Positions 52,791 through 64,000 of a stretch of DNA of 64,000 nucleotides are shown piece by piece. A model generated the notes under the pieces. The model did no database searches. It was given only the letters and a program-made list of their open reading frames with translations, and was not told where the DNA came from. The position numbers and the translations under genes were made by a program. The stretch's first letter is position 1. Each line of letters starts with the position of its first letter. This stretch comes from Mobula hypostoma (Eukaryota): assembly GCF_963921235.1 (NCBI RefSeq), contig NC_086097.1, positions 242,050,001 to 242,114,000 on the forward strand, written 5' to 3'.

Positions 52791-53592
52791 TATGTGTGGA
52801 GCTTTTTAGTTCATACCCCACCCACCTATCTCCCCCCACATCTATCACCTGCTGACTTGTACTCCTCCCCCTTTCTACACCTCCTTATTCTGGCTTCTTC
52901 CCACTTTTCCAGTCCTGATGAAAGGTCTTGGCCTAAAGTATTGACTGTTTATTCCTCTCCAGAGATGCTGCCTGACCTGCCTCGTCAGCATTTTGTGTGT
53001 ATTGCTCTACATTTCCAGCATTTACAGAAAACCTCTTGTGCTAAAATTTGTAGTAGTTTTTTTCATTTGGAAACCACTTGGGGTGCCACTGCTGGCTGTG
53101 TATCAGAACTACAGCCTCAGATTTCCTTGGCAGGTAAAGAACTGAAATTCCTGTGCTTGTCACCAAATAACTTCCTAATAGCATAACAACTTCCTGATAA
53201 CAAAAGAGTTAAGGTATATTTAGAGCAACGCATACAAAATGCTGGAGGAACTCAGCCGGTGAGGCAGCATCTTTAAGAGGAATAAATAGCTGACATTTTA
53301 AGCCGGGACATTTCATTAGGGGGAAACAGCCAGAATAAGAAGGAGAGGTGAGTGGTAGGAGGACAAGCTAGAAGGTGATAGGTGAAGCCAGGTGGTTGGG
53401 GGTGGCGGGGGGGAGGTGAAGTCTGAAGCGGGAAGGTGTAGGTGGAAAAAGTAAAGGGCCGGAGAAGAAGGAATCTGATAGGAGAGGAGAGTAGACCCTG
53501 GGAGAAAGGCAGTTGGAGAAATCGATGTCCGTGCCATGCGGTTGGAGGCTACCCAGATATATTATGAGGTGTTGCTCCTCCAACCTGAGATT
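52791..53592. mobile_element. Two Penelope 3' fragments in opposite orientation (about 52791-53040 plus, about 53222-53592 minus)
   Basis: Degenerate cagtcctgatgaaaggtcttggcc terminal repeat; EEQHLIIYLGSLQPHG. Confidence 0.7.
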
Positions 53593-54309
53593 TATTTGGT
53601 TAATGTTTCCATTTTTATTGTCAAATGTGGTGCACCGAAATGCTTTTGCGTGAACACATTTAAAACAATCTGTGATATACTGAATAAATCAATAAATCAA
53701 CACCCTGATAAAAATTAACCCAATCTTAAATGACAAGGTGGTATAATACTGAGATCATTGGAACACCATCATTGTATTTATATATGATGCTCTGTAACTG
53801 AAACTGCACTGCGGCAGATGGGAAAGCTCTACAACTGGCAGATAAAACTGACCAGCCAACCTGCCATCAATACCATATATACTGAAAGTGCTGGAAAAGG
53901 GCCAGTAACATCTTGAAGGATTGTATCCTCCCTGATGATGGACTGTTTGTCCCACTCCCATTAGGGAGGAAGCAACGCAGCATCCATGCCAGGACCACCA
54001 GACTCAAAACAGCTACTTTCAACATATCCACCTATTAATCCACCCTCCACACCCCCCACCACCATTACATCCACTAATCTAGTGTCATTTTATATACATC
54101 TTGTCAGTTTATGTACTGTATGTAACAGTTAACTGCATTGGATCTGGAATAACTATCATTTCATTCTCCTTTACACTCATGTACTGAAGAATGGCATTAA
54201 ACAGTCTTCAAACTTGAATCTTATACATTATATATTTGTGTATTATCAGACTGCATGGTAGTGTAGATGTTACCATGACACTTCACAGTGCTGGTGATCG
54301 GAAAATTCA

Positions 54310-55335
54310 GACCTTTCACCTTTCTAAACACCTTCTTCTTAGTAATAGCAACATCACTTAATTCTACCCCTAAAACTCTCAATATTCTGGCATACTGCTG
54401 CTGTTTTTCACAGAGAAGACTACTGCAAAATACTTAGTAAGTTCATCCACCATTTTTTGTCTCCCAATACTTCACCTAACATTCTTGTGTAGTGTGATAC
54501 CCACTCTTGTCTCTTTTACTCTTTATGTATCCAAAAACCTTATTGTATCCTCTTTTATAGTATTGGCTAGCCTGTCTTCATATTTATTCTTTACTCTCTT
54601 ATTTGGCTTTTTAAATTCCCTTCTGTTGGTTTTTGAAAGCCTCTTAATCCTCTGCCTAATCATTAATTTTGACTACATTATATGCCCTCTCTTTTGCTTT
54701 TATGCTGTCTTTTACTTCCCTTGTCAGCTATGATTGCCTAATTCTCCATTTGAAATACTTCATCTGTGGGATGTATCGATACTGCAAAATCTTCCAAAAT
54801 TCCCCCAGAAGTTCCAGCCATTGCCATTCTGTCATCATCTCTGCTAGTGTCCCCTTCCAATCAACTCTGGCCAGCTCCTCTCTCATGCCTCTGTAATTTC
54901 CTTTACTCCGCTGTAAAACTGATACATCTGACATTAGCTTCTCCCTCTCAAACTTGGGGTGAATTCTATCATATTATGACCACTGTCTCCAAGGGTTCCT
55001 TTACTTTAAGCTCCCTAATCAAATCTGGCTAATTATAATTGTAACCCAGAATTACATTTTCCCTAGTGGACTCAACCACGAGCTGCACTAACAAGCCATC
55101 TCCTAGTAGGCATTCCATGAACTCTCTCTCTTGGGATCTTGCACCAACCTGATTTTCCCCATCTACCTGCATATTAAAATCCCCCATGACTATCATAACA
55201 TTGCCCTTTTTACATGCCTTTTCGATCTCCCATTATAATTTGTAGTCCACATCGTGGCTCCATTTTGGAGGCCTGTATATAACTCCTATCAGGGTCTCTT
55301 TACCCATGGAGTTTTTAATTCTACCCACAGATCCA
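54310..55335 (-). mobile_element. CR1 LINE APE/linker fragment
   Basis: KGNYRGMREELARVDW; collinear with 47400-48260. Confidence 0.8.
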
Positions 55336-55336
55336 A

Positions 55337-57570
55337 AAATGGCTCCGTTGATCATCAGAAACGTTCTGTGCACTACAGCAAATTATTACAAACTTCCTCT
55401 CAAATATACTTTTGAATTGCTTTCGCTGCAATCTGAAGTGTTCCTCTTAACAATGGACTTTAAATACCTAGATGATCTTCAAATCTCACAATCAGCTGAA
55501 AAACCTGGACCGGTCAGACGCAGGGCCCAGAAGGCTCATTGCCATGGCTGAAAGCTTGGTAGGAGGGGGCAGTCCAAGCCAGGCTGAAACATAGAGGGAT
55601 GAGGCCTCCACTACCCAGCAAATGTACATACACTGGAGACTAAATCTGAGGATCTGACGGCAAGACTGGTCTATCAGAGGCAGACGAGATGGTTGTATAA
55701 CCATCTGCAAACACGCTGGATGCAGCAGTCAGACCAGAACGATTCATGATTTACAGAATGGACTGAACTGCTTACTCAGGTAAGGTAACGGGAGGAGGTG
55801 TGTGTTTTACAGTTAACTCCCATTGGTGCTCCGATGTGGTGGTTCTGTTGAACTCATGTTCCCCCAGCTTGGAGCACCTAATGATGAAATGCAGACCATT
55901 ATATTTACTTCGGGAGTTCTCAACCAAGATCCTGATGGTAACTTGTGTACCACCAGCGGCTGACTATAATCAAGCACTCAGACAAGAAACAGCCCATCCT
56001 GACCCATTTCAAATTATAGTCAGAAACTTCATCACGCTTGTTTGAAGAAAACCCTACTCAATTATCACCAGCATATAACTTGTAGCACTAAGGGTCCCAA
56101 CATACTAATCCACTGCTACATTAAAATAAAGAATGCCTACTATTCCTTGCCCAATCCGCATTTTGGCAAATCGGATCATTTGGCTGTACTCCTCCTATCT
56201 GCATACAGGCAGAGCCTAAAAAACAAAGCTTTAGAGATTGGGACAACTCAGAGGTGGTCGTGGGAAGCAGAGGAATGGTTACAGGATTGCTTTGAATCAG
56301 TGGACTGGGCTGTATTCAAGCACTCATCTATAGATTAGATTAGATTAGATTTTGAGGACACGCAGTCCTCTTTTATTGTCATTTAGTAATGCATGCATTA
56401 AGAAATGATACAATGTTCCTCCAGAATGATATCACAGAAACACAAGACAACCGACCGAAAAACTGACAAAAACCACATAATTATAACATATAGTTACAAC
56501 AGTGCAAAGCAATACCTTAATTTGATGAAGAACAGACCATGGGCACGGTAAAAAAAAAGTCTCAAAGTCTCTCAGAAATCCCATCATCTCACGCAAACAG
56601 TTGAAGGGAGAAACTCTCCCTGCCATGAGCTTCCAGCGCCGCAAACTTGCCGATGCAGCACCCTGGAAGCACCTACCACAGCTGACTCTTGAGTCCGTCC
56701 GAAAACCTTGAGCCACCGACCAGCCCTCTGACACCGAGCACCGAGCACCATCTCTGCTGAGCGCTTCGACCTCGGCCCCGACCACCAAGCAACAGGCAAA
56801 GCCGAGGATTCTGGGCCTTCACCTCCTGAGATTCGCGATCGCACAGTAGCAGCGGCAGCGAAGCGGGCATTTCAGACGTTTCTCCAGGTGTTCCTCCATG
56901 CTTCTCACGTCTGTCCCCATCAAATCAGGATGGTGCATGGCCCCTTATTAACACATACAATATCATTTCGGAGCGGCTGCACGCGCTGCATTGCACCACC
57001 ATCTTCTCCTCCTCCTTGATTGAGACCTGAATGAATACACCATGGTTGTAACGGACTTAATTAAAACAGCTGTAGATTTTTGCCCCCCACTAGATCATTC
57101 AGAGTCTTCCCCCGTTGGAAGCTCCAGATGAACCACGAGATCCAAAATTTGCTGAGGGCCAGATCAGAGGCATTCAAGTCTGGAGACCAAAAATGCTACA
57201 AGGTGAGCAGGTATGATCTCCAGAAAGCCATCTCATAGGGGAAGTGGAGATTCCATACCAAACTTGAACCAACAAGAGAAGTTCAACAACACTGGCAGGG
57301 CTTGAATGCTATCACCTCCTACAAAGCAAAATCAAGCCACATGGGAGAAAGCAGGGCTTTGCTTCCAGATGAGCTCAATGCCCTCTATAGTCGCTTTGAC
57401 CGTCAGAACATGGAAGAACCATTGTGAGCCCCCATATCTCCAGATCATCCTATGATCTCAGTATCTGAAGCTGACGTGTGGGTTGCCTTCAGGAAGGTGA
57501 ATCCACAGGAAGTTAAAGATACTAAAGACTTGTGCTGACCAACTGGCTGGTGTGTTCACAGAGATCTTTA
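55337..57570 (+). mobile_element. Decayed Rex1-like LINE (5' region and APE) with nested insertion
   Basis: KCRPLYLLREFS, PHFGKSDHLAVLL, LQDCFESVDW; ends at LAGVFTEIF. Confidence 0.8.
56330..57016 (-). mobile_element. Non-autonomous LINE-derived (SINE-like) element
   Basis: CpG-rich head starting gaggagaagatggtgg, (tagat)n tail at 56329-56350; host LINE resumes afterwards. Confidence 0.6.
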
Positions 57571-58633
57571 AGGAGTACAAGCCTTGAGGGCAGATAGGCC
57601 TCTTCCTGACCCTTGGTGGGACTTCATCGCAGACTTGACTGACTTTCCTGGACTAAATCTTCCACACTGAAACTCTGAAGAGAGACAAACATGGAAAATG
57701 AGCGAGTTTTCTAAAGGGGAAGGAAGAAATCTGCACAAGATGGAAGAGACTCACCGAGAGAGAGAACTCTAGTAACTGTGAGACAACGTACCGATTTCTT
57801 CCATTTCTTCAGGGACAATAATTTCAGTGATTTTCTTTGGGAGGGATGATAGATTAGTTGTTGGGTTTTGGGGGTTTACTTAGGGTAAATATGGTTAGTT
57901 ATTGCTTGAAACAGTAATTGCTGCAAGTTTCAAACAAGAGAAAATCTGCAGATGCTGGAAATCCAAGCAACACACACAAAATGCTGAAGGAACTCAGCAG
58001 GCCAGGCAGCATCTATAGAAAAGAGTACAGTCAACATTTCGGGCCGAGACCCTTCAGCGTTACTCTGGAACTAAGGTGCAAACCACGGTGTGAAAGGTCA
58101 TACACAGCACGAAGCACGTATAGCACATATAGGATGGCAGTAAAACACAGCCACACAAAAAAAAGGTCCAAGAGTCCATGAATGTTGCAGAAACATGCAG
58201 TCAAACACAATACAGCTTGTCTTCTACTGAGCAAACACTGGGGAGGGGGGCAGGGGTAGAACTGCCTCTGACTTCGACCCTGCACCACACCACCTCCGGT
58301 GGAGCGCACCAACTCCGACACCTCTCTCCTGGGCGGTGGTAAACTGGCCTAATCCTCACTACAACTGAGGCCACACACATCCCCCTGCTGTCCGCCAAAA
58401 AATGAGTGAATCAGACTTGCAGCTTCAGTCACAGAATGCCGGAGGAACTCAGCAGGCCAGGCAGCATCCATGGAAAAAAGCACGGTCGACGTTCCAGGCT
58501 GGCCCGGCACATCACTGACGCAGGCAACACACTTCGCTGTCTGTTTTGATGTTTCGATGTGTCTGCGACAAATAAAGCTAATTACAGTAGCCAAGGGCGG
58601 ATTCAGTCCTGAGTCTAGAGACGTACACTGGTA

Positions 58634-59268
58634 ACACGCATCAAAGTTGCTGGTGAACGCAGCAGGCCAGGCAGCATCTGTAGGAAGAGGTACAGTCGAC
58701 GTTTCGGGCCGAGACCCTTCGTCAGGACTAACTGAAGGAAGAGATAGTAAGAGATTTGAAAGTGGGAGGGGGAGGGGGAGATCCAAAATGATAGGAGAAG
58801 ATGGGAGGGGGAGGGATGGAGCCAAGAGCTGGACAGGTGATTGGCAAAGGGGATATGAGAGGATCATGGGACAGGAGGCCCAGGGAGAAAGAAAAGGGGG
58901 AGGGGGGGAAAACCCAGAGGATGGGCAAGGGGTATAGTGAGAGGGACAGGGAGAAAAAGGAGAGTGAGAGAAAGAATGTGTGTATAAAAATAAATAACGG
59001 ATGGGGTACGAGGGGGAGGTGGGGCGTTAGCGGAAGTTTGAGAAGTCAATGTTCATGCCATCAGAGGTTGGAGGCTACCCAGAAGGAATATAAGGTGTTG
59101 TTCCTCCAACCTGAGTGTGGCTTCATCTTTACAGTAGAGGAGGCCGTGGATAGACATATCAGAATGGGAATGGGACAGAGCGTAGGTGTTCAGCAAAGTG
59201 GTCTCCCAGTCTGCGTTGGGTCTCACCAATATATAGAAGGCCACATCTGGAGCACTGGACGCAGTACT
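58634..59268 (-). mobile_element. Young Penelope 3' fragment (GIY-YIG relic plus terminal repeat)
   Basis: QCSRCGLLYIGETQRRLGDHFAEHLRSV; LRLEEQHLIFLLGSLQP; CpGs retained. Confidence 0.88.
58693..58730 (-). ncRNA. Minimal type-I hammerhead ribozyme motif, intact
   Basis: Minus strand tagtc-CTGACGA-a-gggtctcggccc-GAAA-cg-TC-gactg: helix I agtc/gact, helix II ggg/ccc, palindromic ACGT helix III. Confidence 0.7.
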
Positions 59269-59829
59269 GGTATCTGTGCTTACACATGCCGACACACACA
59301 AATTCCTCTGTCATCCACTTTCCAGTTCCTGAACTCATGCAGTCAAAAAGACGTGCCCTCATGAGGTTATCCCACCACCCCAAGGCTACTCATTCCCCAA
59401 CTTGAGTTTCTGGCTACTCACCTTCTCTTCTTGCTACTACCATTGGAAAGGAGATACAGGAATCTTCAATCCCACACCACCAGTCAGGTTCAGGAACAGT
59501 TATTACTCTCCAACCCTCAGGTTCCTGAATCAGCGTGGATAACTTCACTCACCTCAACACTGAACTGATCCCATAACCAATGGACTCACTTTCAAGAATT
59601 CTTTACAACTCATGTTCACAGTATTTGATTTTAATTAATTTGACTGAATTTGATATTAGTTTCGGGGGTGATGACTTTGCAATAATCCCGGTGTCCATAC
59701 AACTTGGGATAATTTTGCCCACTCTGCCTTTCCTGAAAAAAGCACTCAACCAGTTTCTCTCCCATACCAACACACATCAAAGTTGCTGGTGAACGCAGCA
59801 GGCCAGGCAGCTTCTCTAGGAAGAGGTAC

Positions 59830-59864
59830 GGTCGACGTTTCGGGCTGAGACCCTTCGTCAGGAC
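59830..59864 (-). ncRNA. Minimal type-I hammerhead ribozyme motif within a short Penelope-derived insert (about 59769-59864)
   Basis: gtc-CTGACGA-a-gggtctcagccc-GAAA-cg-TC-gac; candidate 11-bp TSD tctcccatacc at 59758-59768 and 59877-59887. Confidence 0.6.
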
Positions 59865-59978
59865 GGTATGATGCCTTCTCCCATACCCCTCACCACAGCC
59901 TGTGGCTTTAAATCCAGTTTGCCACAGGAAGTTCCAGTGGTGGAATTAAAACCAAATTGAATTCTGTCACATCCTCAC

Positions 59979-60084
59979 CAATGTTTCAGCACCTGAACCG
60001 TCCAGTCACAGGGCAGATGAAACATGACATTGGCCCATTCTGTTTCTGAAGAACCAACAATGGCTGCTCTGCAGGACAGCCCGA
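59979..60084 (-). other. Candidate coding exon of an unidentified minus-strand gene
   Basis: Acceptor cattttgtttag, donor TG|gtgagg; only one open frame, GLSCRAAIVGSSETEWANVMFHLPCDWTVQVLKH; no repeat family recognised. Confidence 0.35.
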
Positions 60085-60104
60085 CTAAACAAAATGTACA
60101 TAAC

Positions 60105-61551
60105 ACCCTTGAAGGGAGGGAGGCTAAAAAAGAAGATTGTAGGGCAGTTACCCTGAGCTCAGTGGTTGGGAAGATATTAGAGTCCATTATTAAGGATGAG
60201 GTTTCGAGGTACTTGGAGGCAAATGATAAAATAGGTCAAAGTCAGAATGGTTTTCTTAAGGGAAAGTTTTGCCTGAATAAACCTGTTTGAATTCTTTGAA
60301 GAAACAGCAAGCAGGTTAGACAAAGGAGAATGGGTGTATGTTGCATACTTGCATTTTTAAAGGGCCTTTGACAAGGTGCTGCGTGTGAGGTTGCTTAACA
60401 AGATAAGAACCTATGGCATGACAGGAAAGGTACTAGATACTAGCCAAGACCCTTCATCAGGACTAACTGAAAGAAGAGCTAGTAAAATCTCTTATTAGTT
60501 CTTCTTTCAGTTAGTCCTGACGAAGGGTCTCAGCCCGAAACATCCACTGTGCCTCTTCCTAGAGATGCTGCCTGGTCTGCTGCGTTCACCAGCAACTTTG
60601 ATGTGCGTTGCTTGAATTTCCAACATCTGCAGAATTCCTCGTGTTTGCGTCCTCTGTTTTTTTTTCTCCCTTAGCCTTGTGTTCCGCAGCTATTGGGACC
60701 GTTTCCTCTTACATTATATGTCAATGATTTGGATGAGAAAACTGATGGCATTGTGGCCAGATTTGTTGTTGATATGAAGATACATAGAAAGGCAGTGTTG
60801 AGGAAGCAGGGAGTCTGCAGAAGGACTTACACAGATTGGGAGAATGGGCAAGGAAGCAGCAGATGGAATACAGTGTTGGGAAGTGTATGGCCATGCGTTT
60901 TGGTAGAAGGAACTACTTTCTAAACAGGCAGGAAATTCAAAAAATCTGAGATGCAAAGGGACTTGGGAGTCCTTGTGCAGGATTCTCTAAAGGTTAATTT
61001 ACAGGTTGAGTTGGTAGCTAGGAAGGCAAATGCGGTGTTAGCAATGATTTCATGAGGACTAGAATATAAAAGCAAGAATGTGATCCTGAGACTTTATAAG
61101 ATGCTGGTGAGGACTCAGTGTATTGTGAGAATATTTGGGCCTCTTATCTAATAAAGGATATACTGACATTGGAGGAGGTTCCAGGAATGAAAGGGTTAAT
61201 CTTTGAGGAGCATTTAATCCAGCTCCAGTCCTGTGCTCACAGGAACTTAGCAGAATGAGGGGTGACCTCAGTGAAATTGAATGGTGAAAGTCTCAATAGA
61301 GTGCTTGTGGAGAGGATGCTTCCTACGGTGGGCTGATTCGAGGACCAGAGGACACAGCCTCAGAACAGAGGGACATCCATTTTGAACAGAGACGAGGAGA
61401 TTGATAGGTTCTTGATTAGTTCGAGCCTGAAAAGTTATGGGGAGAAGGCAGGAGAATGTGGTTGAGATGGAAAATGGATCAGCCATGTAGAAATGGTGGA
61501 GCAGACTCAAAGGGCCAAATGGCCTAATTCTGCTCCTATCTGTTATGGTCT
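60105..61551 (+). mobile_element. CR1 LINE, decayed, with nested Penelope-derived palindrome at about 60441-60650
   Basis: VVGKILESIIKD, IGQSQNGFLKGK, tail tctgctcctatctgttatggtct. Confidence 0.85.
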
Positions 61552-61556
61552 TCAAT

Positions 61557-61915
61557 AGGTAGATAAACAGATATACAGCCATACAGATAGATAAATAGAT
61601 AGACAGACCCACAGACAGATGGATAGGTAGACAGACAGACAGACAGACAGACAGAAAGATAGAATGATAGACAGACAGATGGATAGGTAGACGGATACAC
61701 AAACAGACAGACAGATAGATAGAATGATAGATAGACAGACAGAAAGATAGACAGACAGACAAACAGACACACAGATTGATAGATAGACACAGACACACAC
61801 ACGGAGACTGACAGATAGACACACACACACACACAGACTGATAGGTAGATAGGATGATAGACCGACAGATATATAGATAGACAGACAGACAGACAGATAG
61901 ATAGAATGATTGATG
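61557..61915 (+). repeat. Compound (GATA)n/(GACA)n/(CA)n microsatellite
   Basis: Directly visible imperfect tetranucleotide tract. Confidence 0.95.
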
Positions 61916-62105
61916 GTCTGCCTGGTATCAGTGGTTGCATAACCAGCACTTGTGATATGCACCACATGTTCCGATGGCTTCATGTGACCCTGATCAGTGG
62001 AGACTAACCAAGTATTACACCTTGCCCAAGGATCACCAGCAGGCTAGTGGAGGGAAGGAGTGCTTTACACCTCCTTAGGTAGAGACGTATATCCACCCCA
62101 CCAAC

Positions 62106-62817
62106 TAACAGATAACACCATCCCTGTTATAAAGTATGGAGGAGATAACATCATGCTATGGGGATGCTTTTCAGCAGCAGGGACCGGCAATCGGGACAGG
62201 ATTGATAGGAAGATGTTACTAAATACAGCGAGATCTTGGATAAAAACTTGCTAGCCTCTGGCAGAAAGCTTAAATTGGGGAGCAAATTCATCTTTCAGCA
62301 GGACAATGGCCCAAAGCACACTGCCAGGGTAACCATGAAGTGGTTGCAAGTGAAGAAGACTGATGTCCTTGAGTGGCCAGTCAGAGTCCTGACCTTAACC
62401 CGATCGAACAGCTCTGAAAAAACCTCAAGACTGCTGCCCACCGCTGCTCGGCAACTAACCTGGCACAGCTTGAGCAATTTTGTAAGGAGGAATGGACAAA
62501 CCTTGCTCCATCATTATTTGCAAAGCTAATAGAAACTTATCCAATAAAACTACTGGCTGTAATAGCTGCGAGAGGTGGTTCAATTAAGTACTGAGCAAAG
62601 GGGATGAACACCTTTTGAACTGCTGACATTTCAGCTTTTGATTTTCTAGTTTCTCATGCTTTACAATTTTCCCTGTTTTTTTGGGCTCTGCTGTGAAAAA
62701 AGTGCATGTGATTCACAAATAAAAATTCTCAGTTAAATTAATCAAAATCCCTGGTTGTAATCTCATTTACACCGTGTGAACAAAGGGTTGGGGGCTGAAT
62801 ACTTCTTCAAGGCATTG
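62106..62817 (+). mobile_element. Tc1-family transposase 3' half with right TIR
   Basis: [28 protein letters not shown]; terminus ggggctgaatacttcttcaaggcattg+TA. Confidence 0.85.
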
Positions 62818-64000
62818 TACATCCACAATCCCTCTGTTCTCAGAATCAGAATCACTGGCATATGTCATGAATTTTTTTGTATTGCAGTGCAGTGCAAAAA
62901 CTATAAATTACAATAGGTATATATGAAAATATAAATTAAATAATAGTGCAAAAAGAGGGTTCATTGCCCTTTCAGAAATCTGATGGCGAAGGGGCAGGCG
63001 CTGTTCCTGAAATGTTGAGTGTGTGTCTTACGGTCTAAATTTAATATCAAAATACATACATGTCACAATATACAACCCTGAGATTAATTTTCTTGCAGGC
63101 ATACTCAATAGAATAATAACCATAACAGAATCAATGAACGACCAAACCAACTTGGACGTTCAACCAGCATGCAAAAGACAACAAACTCTGCAAATACAAA
63201 AAGAAAGAAATAATAATAAATAAACAAACAAACAAACAAATAAATAAATATCAAGAACATAAGATGAAGAGTGCTTGAAAGTGGGTCCATGGTTTGTGGA
63301 ACCATTCGGCAATGGGGCTCTATGTCGTTAGGAGTTTGAGGACATTTGGCATGATGGTGTCTGGTGTCTGCATGGGATCAGAAAAAGCTGCAGAGCTCAA
63401 TCAGCTCAGTCCTGGGCCCCTGGGCCCCTGGACTCCCCAGCATCAAGGACATCTTCAGCAGACGATGCCTCAGTAAGGTGGCGTCCATCATTAAGGTCTC
63501 ACATCATCCACAACATGGCCTTTTCTCATTACTGGCATCAGAGAGCAGATACAGGAGGCTGAAGACACACACTCAACATTTCACAAATAGCTTCTTCCCC
63601 TCTGCCATCAGACTTCTCAACGGACCATGAACCCATGAATCCACCTCGCTAATTTTGCTCCTATTGTACTACTTTTAAAATATACATTTCTTATTGTAAT
63701 TTATACTATATTTTATATATTGCACTGTACCACTGCCATAAAATAACAAATTTCAGGACATGCATATATATGTCCCCATATACAACCCTGAGCTTCGTTT
63801 TCTTGCGGGCATTCTCAGTAAATCCAATAACCATAATAGAATCAATGAAAGGATAGACAGTCAACCAATGCGCAAAAGACAACAAAATGTGCAAATATCA
63901 AAAAAAAATTTAAATAAATAAGCGATAAATATTGAGAAGGTAAGATGAAGAGTCCTTCAAAGTGAGTCCAAAGGTTGAGGAAACTGTTCAGCGATGGGGT

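Noticed and set aside
52910..52947. Further hammerhead-like cores here and near 31455, 40215-40280, 58027 and 60512
   Set aside because: Core or helix nucleotides are mutated, so not called as functional ribozymes.
39536..60650. Recurrent short repeats as a possible CRISPR array or prokaryotic defence system
   Set aside because: Dispersed, in both orientations, no regular spacers, no cas genes; eukaryotic retroelement termini.
61268..61983. Three overlapping 143-188 aa minus-strand ORFs rich in C/L/S/V/Y
   Set aside because: Translation artefacts of the GATA/GACA microsatellite.
63035..64000. Apparent tandem duplication (about 63035-63320 versus 63770-64000)
   Set aside because: Diverged copies of a common retroelement tail also seen near 37815-37900; independent insertions are more likely.

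Overview
Vertebrate nuclear DNA, not prokaryotic. The repeat landscape (CR1 LINEs, Rex1-like LINEs, abundant Penelope-like elements, Tc1 and hAT relics) suggests a cartilaginous fish, probably a ray; this is inference. The only well-supported host gene is a divergent BEND5-like BEN-domain gene on the + strand. I can splice five phase-compatible GT-AG exons (2632-2771, 20491-20752, 27570-27862, 27946-28156, 44353-44603); its first coding exon is not visible and probably lies upstream. Most of the rest is nested transposable-element debris, including three near-identical young CR1 copies. Most interesting signals: (1) tiny Penelope-derived, partly palindromic insertions with 14-16 bp target-site duplications, some carrying minimal hammerhead ribozyme cores; (2) a 504-nt in-frame two-exon block of the BEND5-like gene bracketed by inverted Tc1 TIRs and inverted young CR1s, predicting exon skipping or a stop-free circRNA; (3) a relic of a possibly non-circularly permuted hammerhead in the 3' UTR of a HERO/RLE-type retrotransposon; (4) Tc1 elements with mismatched TIR and core types; (5) a decayed ERV-like element and unidentified minus-strand exon candidates. 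Repeat boundaries without a stated TSD or TIR are approximate, and all homology calls are from recognition by eye, not database searches.
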